From Styela clava (Eukaryota): DNA of 64,000 bases. Shown here piece by piece: positions 23,933-38,007 of the stretch. Under the pieces are notes generated by a model that was given only the letters and a program-made list of their open reading frames with translations, ran no database searches and had not been told where the DNA came from. Each line of letters begins with the position of its first letter. Position 1 is the stretch's first letter. The DNA is taken from assembly GCF_964204865.1 (NCBI RefSeq), contig NC_135250.1, forward strand, positions 27,714,001 to 27,778,000, read 5' to 3'. Made by a program: the position numbers and the translations under genes.

Positions 23933-25922
23933 TATGTAGCTTTGGATCTATAAGTTCCTGCAAAATAATCCACTACTTATTTATCTCAACTTTTATAAGC
24001 TAGTCGAATGTAGCTGGACAATTACATAAAAAAATACACTGGTTTTACCACTGATTCTACTGCTTATTAATCAACTCCCAATTTGCCATATATTTTTTTT
24101 AATTCAGTTATCTACTTAGAAGTATACGCATACGAAACAAAATATTACTGGCTACAACATATCTGATGCCTGCAACGCCTCCGAATGTGGATGTTTATTA
24201 AACATAATCGAACTTTAAATCGGGGGCAGAATGATGGAATCGTGTTATTTTTCATGTTTTTGTTTCATTGCGTAATATCCCGAAGTTTACGATACTATCA
24301 TGTCAGTTTCGTTTGTTATGGCAATTACTTCATTAAGCATGTTGTGTATCGATACAAGTTCATCTCTGTCTTATGTTAGTTGGAAGTAATAATGGCGAGT
24401 CATTCCACGCACCGTTATTTTACAATACGAGCGATGGGAAAATCCTGATATTTATGTCTCATTAAGAAAACAGTAGGACAAAAAGTCTATTTATTGTGCT
24501 TTGCCGATATCAAAGGCAATGCAATAGCAATAAAACGTTACGCTTACTTGGGGGAAATATTTCTTTAGAACAGTTCTGAAACTTTTGAAGCCGTGCTCTC
24601 TTTTTTAGAATTTGTCAATTCTAAATAAATATAAATATTTAAAATAAAGAGGTTAAGATAAAATCTAACAAATAATTTAAGTTTATTTTGCTTAACGTCC
24701 CCTCAAAAACGCCAATTTGTATGGCGTGCCCACCGTTTGAGAACCAAAACTGCTTTAGAATGTCAACATAAATAAGTGCCTTTAACGAATGAATAGTAAG
24801 CAATTGCGTAGTCATGCGAAGACGATTTTGCTGATGAGCTGGTTTGGATCTACACAAAAACGTTGGAGAAATATTGGTAGAGTACCATGCACGAAGCAGC
24901 TATTGAGAGTGCTTTATATCATCTTCACTGGACTCACCTATCTACCCATTGTGAAACTTATCCGGCGTTATCAACGACATTTTAAGTTTAATATCGTATA
25001 CCAAACTGATCTCGTAGAGTCAATGATTTTTAAATTAAAATATACTTCATGAATGTTGATGTTTAAAATAAAATAATTATATGGAACAATTGGTATGCAT
25101 ATATTTGTTCGTAAGTACTTGGTATGTTGGCAAGCTTGCTTGGCCTAACGTGCAGCTGAGAAATCACAGACATCGTCACATCCCATCCCCCATGTTGTAA
25201 AATATTGACTAGCATATTATGCTCAACCATCGATTCCGGTATTTCGGAAACACGTATGCGTACTTAGAGCAAGGTGAGAAATCTCAACGGTAAGTAAGGC
25301 GTTCACAAAAGCCAGTACTTCGAGATGTCACATGATTACATTGTGCCTGTTGCAGTGTAACTTGCAGACGTTTCAAATCTTTGCCAAAAAAAAAATTTGT
25401 TTGTTGTCGGATTTCTAAACGGGATTTGACTTTAGCTGATGAAGTCGGCAATTACATTATTTTGGTCACACCGGTTGTGGTCTATATCCTCGACACGAAT
25501 ATACTCAGTGGCAATCGTGCGCCATGTGTTTAGCTTAAATGGAATCTTCATGTGGCAGAGATACTTCATGTGTGTTCATTATATTATATTGTCTAATTAT
25601 TATCAAGTCAACTCATAAAGCCTGCACCGACATGTATCCTATCGCGGTTGGTGACCTGACTAATTTTCATTCCATTCCTTGGCATTGTAATGAAGTAACT
25701 TCTCTTCTGATTTGGTATCTATGCAATTTGCATTTGAATATCGGATGTTTCAGTAATGAATGTATTTCCATATTAAAACATTACACTGAGAAGAGGCTAA
25801 GAATTCACATTGATATAAAAATCCTCCATCAGTATATTCCAGGTCAATGTATTGTCCATACTTTTAATTAGACACAAATTTTTCAGTTCTCTTGGAATGG
25901 CTGCAATTGGTGCTTTAGCTTC

Positions 25923-28476
25923 TTATTTGAAAGCGAACTTTTCCAAATCTTCGGCTGCAGAATCACCTTGGCTTCCTGTGTAATAAAATGTCAATTATGA
26001 GTTACTTGTTCGACGATTACTGTGTTTGGCCAGTTCCTACCCTAAAACACATTCCCAGTAGGAGAAATAATTTCTTTTATTGATATATATATATAAATAT
26101 TCACACTATACGTTCATTTCGCCATTTGTTTTCGACATTGTAAATGCTAAGAATTTTTTAATTAAAGGAGTATTCCCAAAAGTTCGGGATCAAATGAGAT
26201 GGGCACTCGCTTCTTGGAGTTTTTAACTGCATATTGCAGGTGATATATATACCCCTATCTCTTAGCTAAAATTATTCATCCCTGCAAATTAGTGGTATAA
26301 AAAGCATTGTTTTATTTCAATTTAACGTGAAAAAACAGAGTATAATAAAATGAATCTATTCCTACATATACATCAGTTAGACCCCGACATACATCAGTTA
26401 TAATTGATAATTGGTGCCTCAAGGGCGTATAAATAATGTCTTAAATACCAGCTAGTAACAATAGATTTAATTCCCAGTGTTTCTAGTCAATATTCGTGAG
26501 CGCAGGTTGTTGTTTATCAAATTCAGCGGAATGTTCTTACCTTTCCCAACCCATTTCATCGAACGGGCGGGGGCTTTACGGGTAGAAAGTGTTCTTATGA
26601 TGAACTTATCATTCTCATGTGTTTGAAATATGCGCCTGCATGGACGATAAAACTTTGTTCTTGTTCTTTTGCTGAAAAGAAAAACGCTATGAAATACAAA
26701 TATTGTTCAGTGTAGAAAACATAATGTAATCTGTCGTACAAAGTGCCGAATTCACGCTTAGCCTAGGGCAGGGGTCACTAAATTTTTTTGACCACGGCCG
26801 GGGTATGACTCAAAACTGTATTTAAACGGGATGGATGAATATTTTTGTCAGTGCAGTACAATAAAGTCACAAAAGTTGGGAAATCCGTTCAATTTATTCA
26901 ACAATATATATTCTACATTTCTGAAGACTCGAATATTAAATTCTATCTAATTCGCGGAATATAGATCGAGAACATCCTAGGAAACAAATATATATACAAG
27001 ATTTCTATATCTAGACAAATATCCTGAGTTTAGCTGTTATCAAAACGTTGCTGTCATGAATTAGGAATGTTACAAAATCCGCTTTTTTGCGCAAAAAAAT
27101 GTTCGCATCACGTCTGCTGAGTACCGTTACGCCGTGTTGGAATACCGCTCCTAAAAAACGACTACGCACTGCCTGCTGTAGCTTGGAATTCCATGAAATT
27201 TTAACACAATTTAGATAAATTAAACAACTATTATCTATCTATTTAATTTTTTGCATTAGCGCATAAATTTCCCAACATTCGGAGCTTTTAAAAAGTACGC
27301 TCCAGTTATACGTAGTGCAAATTAATTATATTGTCCATGGACACCAATAAAATATTTATTTGCGACGTTCTTTCAGTGGTGTCAATGACCGTTGTCAGAA
27401 TAAAATCCTGAAATAGTCTCAATATTCTATAGATGTGACGCACATGGAAAGATTAGTGATTGATATGTGTTCTTTTTTCTTATTTATTACAGTTCTTATC
27501 AAATAAGTAATACAATCCTTATGGAAAAAATTGACCTGTCGGGCGGTTCTAAAATTCCGATATCTCCGTTGGTAACTTGGTATGAAGTTTAATTTTATTG
27601 TAACATACCTTACGCTTTCAGATTACAGTACTGTTAGCGCAAAATGCACATTCCGCGTTCATTTTAGCCCAATGAACGTAAACAGTTTCGTCGAAAGTGT
27701 CTGAGCGGATGCGAAAATGCCCATTATTACGTCACTTTTGTTGCAGTAGTTTGGTGATCCCTGGCCTAGGGAATCCACGCCTTCTAACTTGTAAAAGTTA
27801 GTTCCAGAATAGAGCCGTTTCAAAATGTCACAAATCTGATATTTGTTCAATGGCCCAGTCAAATTAAAAATTCTTGTTTCAAGTTATTTACCGTTTGAGA
27901 GATTAAAACAAAAAACGTCCAATAAATAAATTTGTCTAATTTGGAGAAATTCTCTTCTCAATCATAAAATCGGAATATTCCATTATAAATCTACAGTTTT
28001 TGGACACCCCGATCGTTTTGCATTTTTGGACACCTTGTTGAAAAGTCGCTTTTCTCTTTGATTACTGAGCCAAAAATTTTAAAATTTCATTTTTAAAATT
28101 TTCAGTTGTTAAAGATGAATTTTCTCTCTAGAAGGCTATTTACTTTTATTCTTTTCAAATATTTCCGTTAGCTCTGTGAGATTCGCCGCCGTAGGACGAC
28201 TTCACCAATAAGTCAATGCACGTGAAACAAATAACTGGCTAATTAATCCAATACCCGACATGGACTTATGGCAGGACGAGTGGCCTTGGTTCGCCATATG
28301 ATTAAGTGACCTTATCGACTTTCCTCGACTTATGTAAAAACTTAACCTATCCTATTTCTAATAACTCAATAAACATTTTTAGTATTAGTAATTTTGTCAA
28401 ATATATCGACCTACCTCCACCACCATGAAGTTGGTGTTTTGATTAGAAGTCCAACAATGCAAATGAGTAAAATCAT
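25923..28476 (-). CDS. Secreted host-defence-like prepropeptide, copy C (81 aa from second Met)
   Basis: Exons 28415-28476, 26541-26671, 25923-25975. Protein MILLICIVGLLIKTPTS-WWWSKRTRTKFYRPCRRIFQTHENDKFIIRTLSTRKAPARSMKWVGKGSQGDSAAEDLEKFAFK*. The ancestral ATG is now TTG and the TATA box is altered. Intron 1 carries a 1-kb hAT MITE. Confidence 0.68.
26769..27763. mobile_element. hAT (Charlie-like) MITE in intron 1 of copy C
   Basis: TIRs CAGGGGTCACTAAA and TTTGGTGATCCCTG. Perfect 8-bp TSD GCCTAGGG at 26761-26768 and 27764-27771. Paralogous introns lack it. Confidence 0.88.
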
Positions 28477-30007
28477 TCTGTGCAATATGAATTATATCCA
28501 CCTGTATAAGCTAGTTGTATGGTGCTAAACAAGGACATGAAAAAATATTATAGTTTTATCACTGCCCTACCTCAGTAATATTTATTAAACCTAATCGAAT
28601 TATAATCGGGACCAAATGGCCGAATCGCGTTATTTTTTTTCATCTGTTTTGGTTTCCTTGCCTAAAGTTGGTATTGTGACCACAAGGTTTGGCTCAATTT
28701 GCTTCTAAGAAATCACAGGCGCCGTCTCGCCAAGGTTGTAATATATTCACTAGCATATGCTTGACAAAAAATTCCGGTATTTTCAAAACATAGCATTGGT
28801 TAATTTAATAAGTCATTTTCCAATGACATATGGCGCTGTTTGAGCGCGTCTCCGTCCTATTTGCAGGATATTTGTAGGCATGTTTACTCTATTTTTAATA
28901 GAATATCTTTAAAAGAATAAAAATTGCTATCATTGCGGGCAATGCTATCGATATATGCTTGTCGCTATTTAGCAACAAGGGTAGCATGCAGCATAATGAA
29001 GGGGAACAACAACAACAACGGATTTTCCAATTTATAGCGCTCACTGCACCAATGGTAATAATTTAGGTGTCTTGATGATGATAAACCATTTTACACGGAC
29101 ATATGGGGGCTGGTTGATCGGCCATTCAAAGCAAGGTGGGAAATATCAATGGTATTTTTGGATGTCTTGATGTCTGATAAAGCCTTTTCCACTGACATAT
29201 GGGCGCTGATTCGAAGCAAGGTGGGAAATACCAATGGTATTTTGGATGTCTTGATGATGATAAAACATTTTCAACTGACATATGGGCGCCTGTTGATCGC
29301 GTCATTGTCGTATTTGTAGGCATTTTTACTTCATTTTTTATTAGAATATTTTTGATAGAATATAATTTGGATGGAATATTCTACGGGCAATGCTTACAAC
29401 ATGTTTTTTTCTCTATTTAACAACAAGGGCGGCATGCACTATAATGAAGGGTTACAACAACACATATTCTTCAATAAAATACGATAATCACAAAAGAGCT
29501 TCATCCACAAACTGTTCAAATTCGAATATTTGTTAACCAGCCATTACATGATTAATCAGTCACTGGAGCAAATATGATGAATCATGCTGTTTATTCACTT
29601 TGTGATTATAACATATTTCTGCGTCCCAGTTTGCGTTAATAAGTGATTGTACAAGAATTATTCAGAAAATTGGAATTATTCCCAGAATAAGTTTCATATG
29701 GAAACCGATCCTTGAGCAAAAGAAAACTCATTCATACGTCCCTTACATGCAAATATAATATACAAATATAAGTACAAATATTAAACAAATATAAGTACAA
29801 ATTGAAGCCTAACTATGTATAAAAATATCTAGGAAAAAAATAGTGTTACATTCAAAAGTTTTTGAAAATTTAGTTCGAAAAGATTTTGTGAAATATAAAA
29901 AACGCGTATACATCGGTTGGGCTAAATATTAAGATGCACGCTCCTCGTTTTCCGTAGTTTTATTGTTAAATTAAAGTGTTTTTGAGATAGGATGAATGCT
30001 ATTGAAT

Positions 30008-30125
30008 CTGCGCTTCGCTTCGTTCTCTTACCCCATTTCGTCCTCTTGCTGCGGTTCATGTTGCGGACAAATTTTCGAGCTTGTCGATACTAACTGACGA
30101 TGATATGCCAGTTTATGGAGAAATC
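30008..30125 (-). pseudogene. Orphan remnant of the X1-type cytoplasmic-tail exon
   Basis: After a tgttttAG acceptor it reads (R)FLHKLAYHRQLVSTSSKICPQHEPQQEDEMG*, homologous to X1 RFYHKLANYRQLLSTTSKMSLDSEPRQEKE. Its flank 29290-30005 matches the X1 3' flank 44730-45465. Confidence 0.7.
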
Positions 30126-30289
30126 TAAAACACAAGAGCCAGAGATAAAGGCCAGCTAAACGAAATCCGAACGATTAGTAGTCTACAGCAGGGCTCTCCA
30201 AACTAGGGGCCGCGGCCCCGCACGGGGCCGCGAAACGAATTTCAGGGGCCGCAAGGAGAACCCCTATTTTACACACAAAGTACTACGGG

Positions 30290-31368
30290 CTGTTGGTATT
30301 CTGGGTAAAGTTCGCAAGCTTCTTCCCACACAAGTTCTGCGCATGATATACTTTTCCCTCTTTCAAACTCACATTCAGTATGGTCTTGTTGCATAGGGAT
30401 ACTCAAGTACCAGCAAATAGTCTAGAAGAATAGAAGTTTTGCAAAATAAAGCTTTAGGAATATTATCCAATTCTACACCTCGTACTAGTTGTACCCCTCT
30501 ATTTGCCACAAAGTTCAAAGACTTATGCTTTTTTGAAGTTGCAAAAATAATGCACCAATTCTCATCAAATTTATTACCAAGGGCTTTTGATAACTTTTTC
30601 ACAGCTCAGTATTTTATACATAGCCATCGCACTCGATCATTATCTCAAGGGTCCCTTTTTGTCCCCAGATGTCAATCGAAGCGGGCCCAAGACACTCTCA
30701 GATTCACTGGTGTAAAAAGTTGGAATGATCTACCTTCCAGCCTTAAAGACTTGACATATCCCAATTTTAAAAAACAGTTACGCAATCACTTATTCTCATT
30801 GTACTCTTTATAAACATGTATTACTTTACCCCTATTTCATGCTTCAGTACATTTATGACTTCAGTGTCTCATGGACATGATTGTGATCCTATTTTGTTTG
30901 ATATATCGTTACACTTATGAAATGTGTTTCCTACTCAGATATCAGTATGAGTATTCCTCTACTGATCTACAGGTAAATCTAGTATAAGTATATTTTATAT
31001 TACTCAACTTCCTCCATGAATTCTCCTTCAAAAACTTTTAACTGCTAGAACAGCATTGCGTCAAAATAATAATATATAGGGGAAATCCCTAATTCGGAAA
31101 AAAAACATGGCAACCTATTGCCTTGTAGCGCCATCTCGAGGCAATGCTGTCTTCGTATAAAAGCGTTTACCTGTGTCCGTTTCTTAAATTTTAATTAATA
31201 CAGCTATTGCAAGGTAGCCGCTGACAAGTAGACCGAATGGTCATTTTGCGGCCATCCTGTTCGTTCTGGGCAAAGGCATGTATATTTTTTTCAATTTTGC
31301 TTCAATTTTTTTTTGTGCCCGTTTGCCTGGACGGCTAATAAAAAAACGACTTGATTGATTTGATTGAT
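30290..31368 (+). mobile_element. 5'-truncated non-LTR retrotransposon (CR1/L2/Crack-like), ORF2 C-terminus plus 3' UTR
   Basis: Degenerate frame GILGKVRKLLP..LRMIYFSLFQTHIQYG...LQNKAL...HSHRTR...GVKSWNDLP..LK....FKKQLR ends at 30813, typical of the post-RT region of CR1-group ORF2. It ends with AATAAA and (TTGA)n at 31337-31368. A hAT-like end (CAGGGCTCTCCAAAC) lies just before it at 30189. Confidence 0.8.
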
Positions 31369-31467
31369 CTATTGCACATTTTTGGACTCTTGATTCGAAA
31401 TATAATTATATAGCAAAACTGGTGTAAAACAAAAAATCACGATTACTAGTGAATACATCATCATATT

Positions 31468-31815
31468 GTGTTTCCCAGAAAATAAGACAGTGTCTTCAAT
31501 TAAAATATAAATATGTATGGCTTATTTTGGGGGATGTCTTTTATTTTCATTTTTCAAGAAGACAATTACGAGACTTTTAAATATACAAAATAAGAGAACC
31601 AAATTCTATTTACTTTTAAAAAACACGTTTTTATTTAAAATAACTACCAGTCATAGATTATTAATTATTTAAACGATTTCTTGATATCGACTAGGTAGAA
31701 AAAAGATTTGCAAATAGGTCATATTTTAAAGAAAAGGGCTTATATTAGGATAATTTTTAAACTTCAGGCTAGACCGCATTTTCAGGCTAGGTCTTATTTT
31801 CGGGGAAACACGGTA
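31468..31815. mobile_element. Tc1/pogo-like MITE
   Basis: GTGTTTCCCAGAAAATAAGAC ... GTCTTATTTTCGGGGAAACACGGTA inverted ends. A related end fragment lies at about 41705. Confidence 0.6.
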
Positions 31816-32174
31816 GAAACACCACGCTTGCATATAACAAATAATGAGGGCTTAAATTGTTTTGTCTCAGTCTCGTTTGTTATGAAACGTGCTTCATCAA
31901 GCATGTTGTGTATCGATACAAGGTCATCTCTGTCTTATCTTAGTTGGAAATAATAATGGCGAGTGACTCCACGCGCCGTCATTTTACAATACGAACGATG
32001 GGAAAATGGGAAGTTATAATTGATAAGTTATGATTGGTGCCTCAAGGGGGTATAAATAATGTCTTCAACACCAGCTAGTAAAAATAGATTCGGATTCCCA
32101 ATTTCTGGTCAAAATGAAATGTAATTATCGTGAGAGTAAGTTGTTATTTACCAAATTGAGCAGATTTTTCTTAC

Positions 32175-33113
32175 CTGTTGAAACCCATGTCATTGATTGG
32201 GAGGAGGAGGCTGTTCTGGTAAATCCATACCCCTATTCCCGGGATGTGTTTGAAATCTGTACCGGCATGCACGATAAAACGTTTTGAACTTTTTGCTGAA
32301 GAATAAAAACGTTATGATATACAGATATTGTTCATTGTAGAACACATTATGAAGTCTGTCGTGAACAGTGCCTGATTTACCCTTAGGCTGGGGGAATCCA
32401 CGCCCTCTAAATTGTAAAGGTTCGTTCCAGAGTATCGCCGGTTTAAAATGTAAAATGTAAATAAAACTAATATTCGTTTTATGTTTTAGTCAGGTTAGGA
32501 ATTCTTGTCATGAAATACTCAACGCTCAAAAAATTAAAACAAAAATACGATCAAATAAATAATTTTGTGAAACGATACTTTTTGAATCTTGATAACCTAA
32601 TCTGCTATTTTAAATTGACAGTTTTTACCGTTATATTGTTATTTTTTATTTTGCCTTAATTTTTTTTTTTAAATATGGAAAAATATATCGGCGATAGAGT
32701 ATCTAAAAATTAGTATATTCATTGCTATATCTGATCTATAAATCCGTTTATTTCTAATAATGCAAAGAACGGGTAATATTGACATCAGGTTTTCTGGTGA
32801 TGTTTTTTTTACATTTTCGATTTTTGGCGGTTTTTAAATTCAACTTGCTATCAAATCTTCTTGTGTGATAATGGTATTATCATGCTTGTAAAATTCCGCG
32901 AGTTAAAATTAAATTTATGACGCCATATAAAGATGTAATTTTTCTGACGTCATTTTCAACCAAGCTATTCGTAAATATAGCGACGGGTTCGACACCAATA
33001 TGAAATTTTTATTACTGGCTTCATAACCCCGATAAGATATCGACCTACCTCCATCATGAAGTTGATGTTTGGATTAGAAGTCCAATGTAAATGAATAAAA
33101 TTATTCTATGCAT
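32175..33113 (-). pseudogene. Prepropeptide family copy D (pseudogene)
   Basis: Exon 1 at 33049-33113 reads MHRIILFIYIGLLIQTSTS*W (TGG changed to TGA). Exon 2 at 32175-32295 is 121 nt and frameshifted (KKFKTFYRACRYRFQTHP.../..TRTASSSQSMTWVST). Exon 3 is absent: intron 2 joins upstream-type sequence near 32010. Confidence 0.8.
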
Positions 33114-33678
33114 TATGTATACTATGATCCAATCTTGTTCGTGCAAGATAATTCACAACTAATTTATATCCACTCTAATAAGCTAATGAAATAGTGCTAA
33201 AAGAAAAATACACTAGTTTCACCATTTCTTCGAGTTAATATTAACATTTCAATTTGCCGTAATATTTTGAAATTAGATTTAAAATTCGCCTATAGTTTGA
33301 GCTTCACTATATTTTTATATTCTGGCTTTCGTTATGAACAACTCTGATATCAAGGCATATGAATGCAAGAAGTGTTCCCAAATTTGAGTAATCATATAAA
33401 CTAGTTAGGCGAGGCTCATACAATGCTTAACGCCAACACGGTTCAAACTTTACTGCGATAAACACCAACCCAAAGACTTACACGTTATACCTGACTATCT
33501 TACACTTGAGCGATACATTAAGCTATAGTCGTGTGATATTACTCATTTCCCTGCATTGTTGTCAGGTAAAGTGAATAACATCGTGAGTTTCTATAACATT
33601 TTAAAATTAGGGGCAAAGTCGGGGAACGAAATGCAAGGTAAAAAAAACACCTAATATTGATCCAAAATTGAATAAAAT

Positions 33679-33712
<34 letters not shown>

Positions 33713-36700
33713 CCGTATATATACATACACGGAACGCTCAAATTCAGCTGTTTCAATACTTACGTTTTTATTTTTAAAAAGAAAAAATTTTTCTTGTACG
33801 AAACACGTTAGTCTGCCAGTAACAAGTTTTTAAGTTCCAAAGTTCATCACATTGAACCATGAATGATGATGAATGCGATTATACTGCGTAACATACTAAT
33901 TTACAAATTTCAAGCAATTATTATTCGGTACATCAAGCCCAACTAGGTTCTGGAACGTTTTCGGTCTCTTCGCTAACGTCGACGAATTTTGGTAGAAATA
34001 AACAGGATTAATAGCATAATAGTCGTAATTTAGAACTGTGCCGAGCTCGAATGAGTACGTCGTGACCTGAACATGACGCGAAAATTGGTAAATGACATAT
34101 ATAAATGTATTGTATATTGTATTTCTAAATGTAAACGTTACAGAGAAGAGATTGTGCACACGAACATAACACACACTTGCATTTTTTTTGCCTACTTTAC
34201 TGTTTACATCAAGTTGTGTAAAGGGACTGAAACCTATGGGTAAGGGGTATATTCACTTGGCTAACACAGATAGTCCCAAACTCGTAATAGAACTAAAATA
34301 AGGAAAATCAGAATGAAATTATGGCCTAACTTTAGCCTGGTACATATCCTACGGAAATGCCTGAAACGTCTCTGACTGTCTGCGATCGTAATCCGAGACT
34401 GAATTATAGGAGTATAGATTTGGAATAGAATATAACAGATAGTGTGCCTGATCGGAGCACAGTTGACTTTCTCTCGGTTAGGATGTTATGCCTATGACTA
34501 AATAGGTTTCTTTTTTGATGATGTCTTTGGCAATAAATGACTTGTGAAAGAAGAACGTCAATGTGATATCATAATGCAGGGTCTCCTAACCTGGAAGATA
34601 TTCCTCTCCGCAGAAAAAAATATTTTCTTTGGAGGAGAAAATATTCTCTTCGGAGGAGAAAACATTACTTGGTATTTTGAGTAGTTACACCAATATTGTT
34701 TATTTATTTAGTATCATTGTAATACATATATTTAAACAGGTTATGAAACATCCAAACTGTGCAGAAACCAGGGTGTGAAGATACTTCAAAGTTTGAAAAA
34801 TAACTGAAACACATTTTTTTATGTATAATGAGGGAGGAATAATAATGTCTGAATAGCTAAAGGGAGCTCAGCGGCTCGCGCATTGTGCTTAGTGTTATAG
34901 GAATACGCCTGCCATCGCGCCTCTAATCACACTGTGTATGTTCGCTTGTTTGAATCCTGTGGAAAATTACTATATGCGCCAGGATCCCTGGACTCATACC
35001 CGCCGTATGGTGACAGCCTGTTTCGCCATTAAGTCCAAGTATCTGAAACAAATAACTAACTAGCATAACTAAAAATAGGTCGATTTGGCATTCTTGCATA
35101 TTTTGTGTATTGCTAGTATCCAACCATGGATCCTGCACTGTCCGGACTCAATAACCGCAATGATCAAGATCAACCAAAAACAAACTATTCTTTTCACCAA
35201 TTACGGAAACTGTGAATCAAAAGAACAAAACTACTACATCATGAAAAGAACTTGGCACAATACACAAAATTGGGGATCATACCAAAAGGACTATCGATCA
35301 CGGAGAAAACTTGTGCAATATCAATCTATAGGAAGGAAAAATGGGAAAACATTCACATTGAATTTTCCAAACAACTCACACAACAGTCACTCAGAGAAGC
35401 AACACCTACTCTCCTCGGGGGTCTCTCATAAATGTCGTGTCCCACTGTTTTTACGTGTCACACTTGACCCACTTGTCCCGGAAAATGGGAGAAGTAGGAC
35501 ACGTGGTACAGGAGGGCAAGTGGAACACGACATTTCTGAGATACCGATCCCTGGGGAAAATATGAAATTTTATCCTAAGTAACGAAAACGTTTGGAAACC
35601 CGTATCTCATTGCAAAACAATGGCAAAAACGTAATAAACATTTAATTTATTTACAACTTAAAATTAACTCGTTCGTCAATAATGTATTTCTGCAATCAAA
35701 TATAAGAAATATTTAACAAAAATTTCGAGCAATCTAACTCTCTGAAGATCCGAAAGCAAGTTTGATTTTTATATCAACGAAAGCAGCCATGTCTGCAAGC
35801 TGGCGAGTCCCAGTTCATGGTTGAAACTGAAAAAGAGTGAACATAGATTAAAGTTACTGTAAGGAAAATATGATCAAAATTTTGGGGTTCTGATGAAAAT
35901 ATTAACTCATATGTGATGAATATGAACAGATGTTCCGAAAGTGTTATTGGCGCCAAAAATACTCTATTGCAATATTATGCAATGCAAAAAGGTATTGTAG
36001 TTGTTTTAGTTGTCTTTATATAATTGTATATTGTAAGGTGCGATACCCCACTAGCTTTTCTGTTGAACATACCAGGTTGATGCTGTAGGATGTAATGTGA
36101 ATGTCTCAAAAGATCTTTTTTATTAAATACATACAGGTGCCAACGAAACTCTTTACAATATCACGCAACACAAAACTGTGACGTTACTTATAGAGTCCTA
36201 TTTGGCGCAGAGTTTGAAACGTTTAGATCGGGAGTATGTAACGTTTATTACACTCGGTCCAGATAAAAATGATTATGTGAAACCGCAGGCGCCACCTTTA
36301 TTTGACATAAGCGTTCTAGTTGTTGCAGGCACAAAAGCGTTTTAACATTATATGCATAGATAATAAATTTAAATTGGGTTTATGCTCTGCAACGCAAAGG
36401 AATTGAAAGTACTCGCGAGATTAAACTAAATCCAAAACTTGTTACTGCCAGGCGAAATTGGCATTACCCGCGGGCCGCACTATTTTTCCTGCGGGCCGCA
36501 GGTTGCACACCCCTGGTTTAGATGGTATTATTTAAGCAACGTTTATAAGTGATCAATGTCAATGATACCTTCATGGAAATTAGCATACCCGCCTTGGGCC
36601 TGTAAACGGACAATCCGTTATGAGCAATTGTCTCATTTTGAATATACATGGAATCTTATTCCAAATCATAAGTATAGTTTTAGTCAAATATACGCAATTC

Positions 36701-37634
36701 GGAAGCATATTACCTTTGTAAAGATTGAACTTGGTTGCATAGTCCAGATCTGAAAGCAGAAACGAGATGTTTAAAAAACTATCTCACGTAAAGCCATGTG
36801 TAATAGATACATACTTTCGACATGAAATGAACTTATAAATCGTTTTTTTATTATTCCGCTGTTATAAAAATCGCTTTTTTCTTGAATTACTGGACCAGTT
36901 GCTTGGTAAATATCAGTGGTTAAAGCTTGTTGTTTTTAACAACAAAGGCTATAACTCTGGGTTCCGTGCGATCGCATTTTCTCTTCGAAGTTTTGTGTGA
37001 TGACGTCATCAAGATTAAAAAAAATGCGTTCATGGTTTACTGATTATATCACAGTGATCGGGTGGTTAGACTACTGGTACTGTAAAAGATTTGTTGCTAC
37101 CACGGTTTGGCTTTCGTGTTCATTTTAAGTATTTATGTATTGCTTTCTTGTTTTGATCTATCTATAAGTCAGTAGCCTTTCATCGTTTGTTTGCTTTATT
37201 TTGATGCAACGGCCAAGATTTGTTCCATTTTGCTTTACGACTGTAGAACACAACTAAATTAGGGTTAGGCCATAATTTCGGGAATACTGCGGAAGTCACT
37301 TGGCTGGTCCCCGAACTCGTAATAGAATTAAAATAAAGAAAATTGGAATAAACTTAGGGCCTAACTATAACCTGGAACACATACTACGTGTCCGTCATCT
37401 TGGTCCGCATACTACAGGAGTACCCTAAATTTTTAGGAATTCAACACTATTCTGAGTAAACTGATTAGAAAGTCTAAAATCACTGACTCGACTCCCCGTC
37501 CGTCAAACACTCGAAGTGACTCGAGTCATCCAAACAAAATGATTCGGACTCGTCACCAATTAACCGCCATTTAGACTTAACCCGATCATTGTCCAACTTT
37601 AAACTTTGGACTCGAGACTCGGAGGACTTATGAC

Positions 37635-38007
37635 TAGGGCTGGGCATTTTCGAATACTTGATGATTTCAGAATCGAATCTCGAATACCTGGAAGGTATGA
37701 AATTGTATGTAACTTTCTTATTATTTTAGGTCCTCCAGACACATAAATTACTGGAAACATAGAATACATCACTGACAATAAAAAATAAAAAAACGTTTTC
37801 ATCAATACCTCAATACAGAAAAGAGTCATATGTCAGAATTGTGTTGAAAATATATGGCTTCAATGATAAAAAATTGAGAAATTTACCTCGACCATTGGCG
37901 GAAAGAGTAAAACAAGATGGCGGCGATTCGAAAATTTGCTCTCAACCGATTCGAATAATTTACTATTCGATTCGATTCGAATATTCTATTCGAAATGCCC
38001 AGCCCTA
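37635..38007. mobile_element. hAT (Ac-like) MITE
   Basis: TIRs TAGGGCTGGGCATTT and AAATGCCCAGCCCTA. Perfect 8-bp TSD CTTATGAC at 37627-37634 and 38008-38015. Subterminal TTCGAAT motifs. Nested in an older GACTCG-rich element. Confidence 0.88.

Noticed and set aside
35085-35582. 165-aa plus-strand ORF
   Set aside because: It has a non-ATG start, spans a SINE-like tail and other repeat fragments, and has no recognisable domain.
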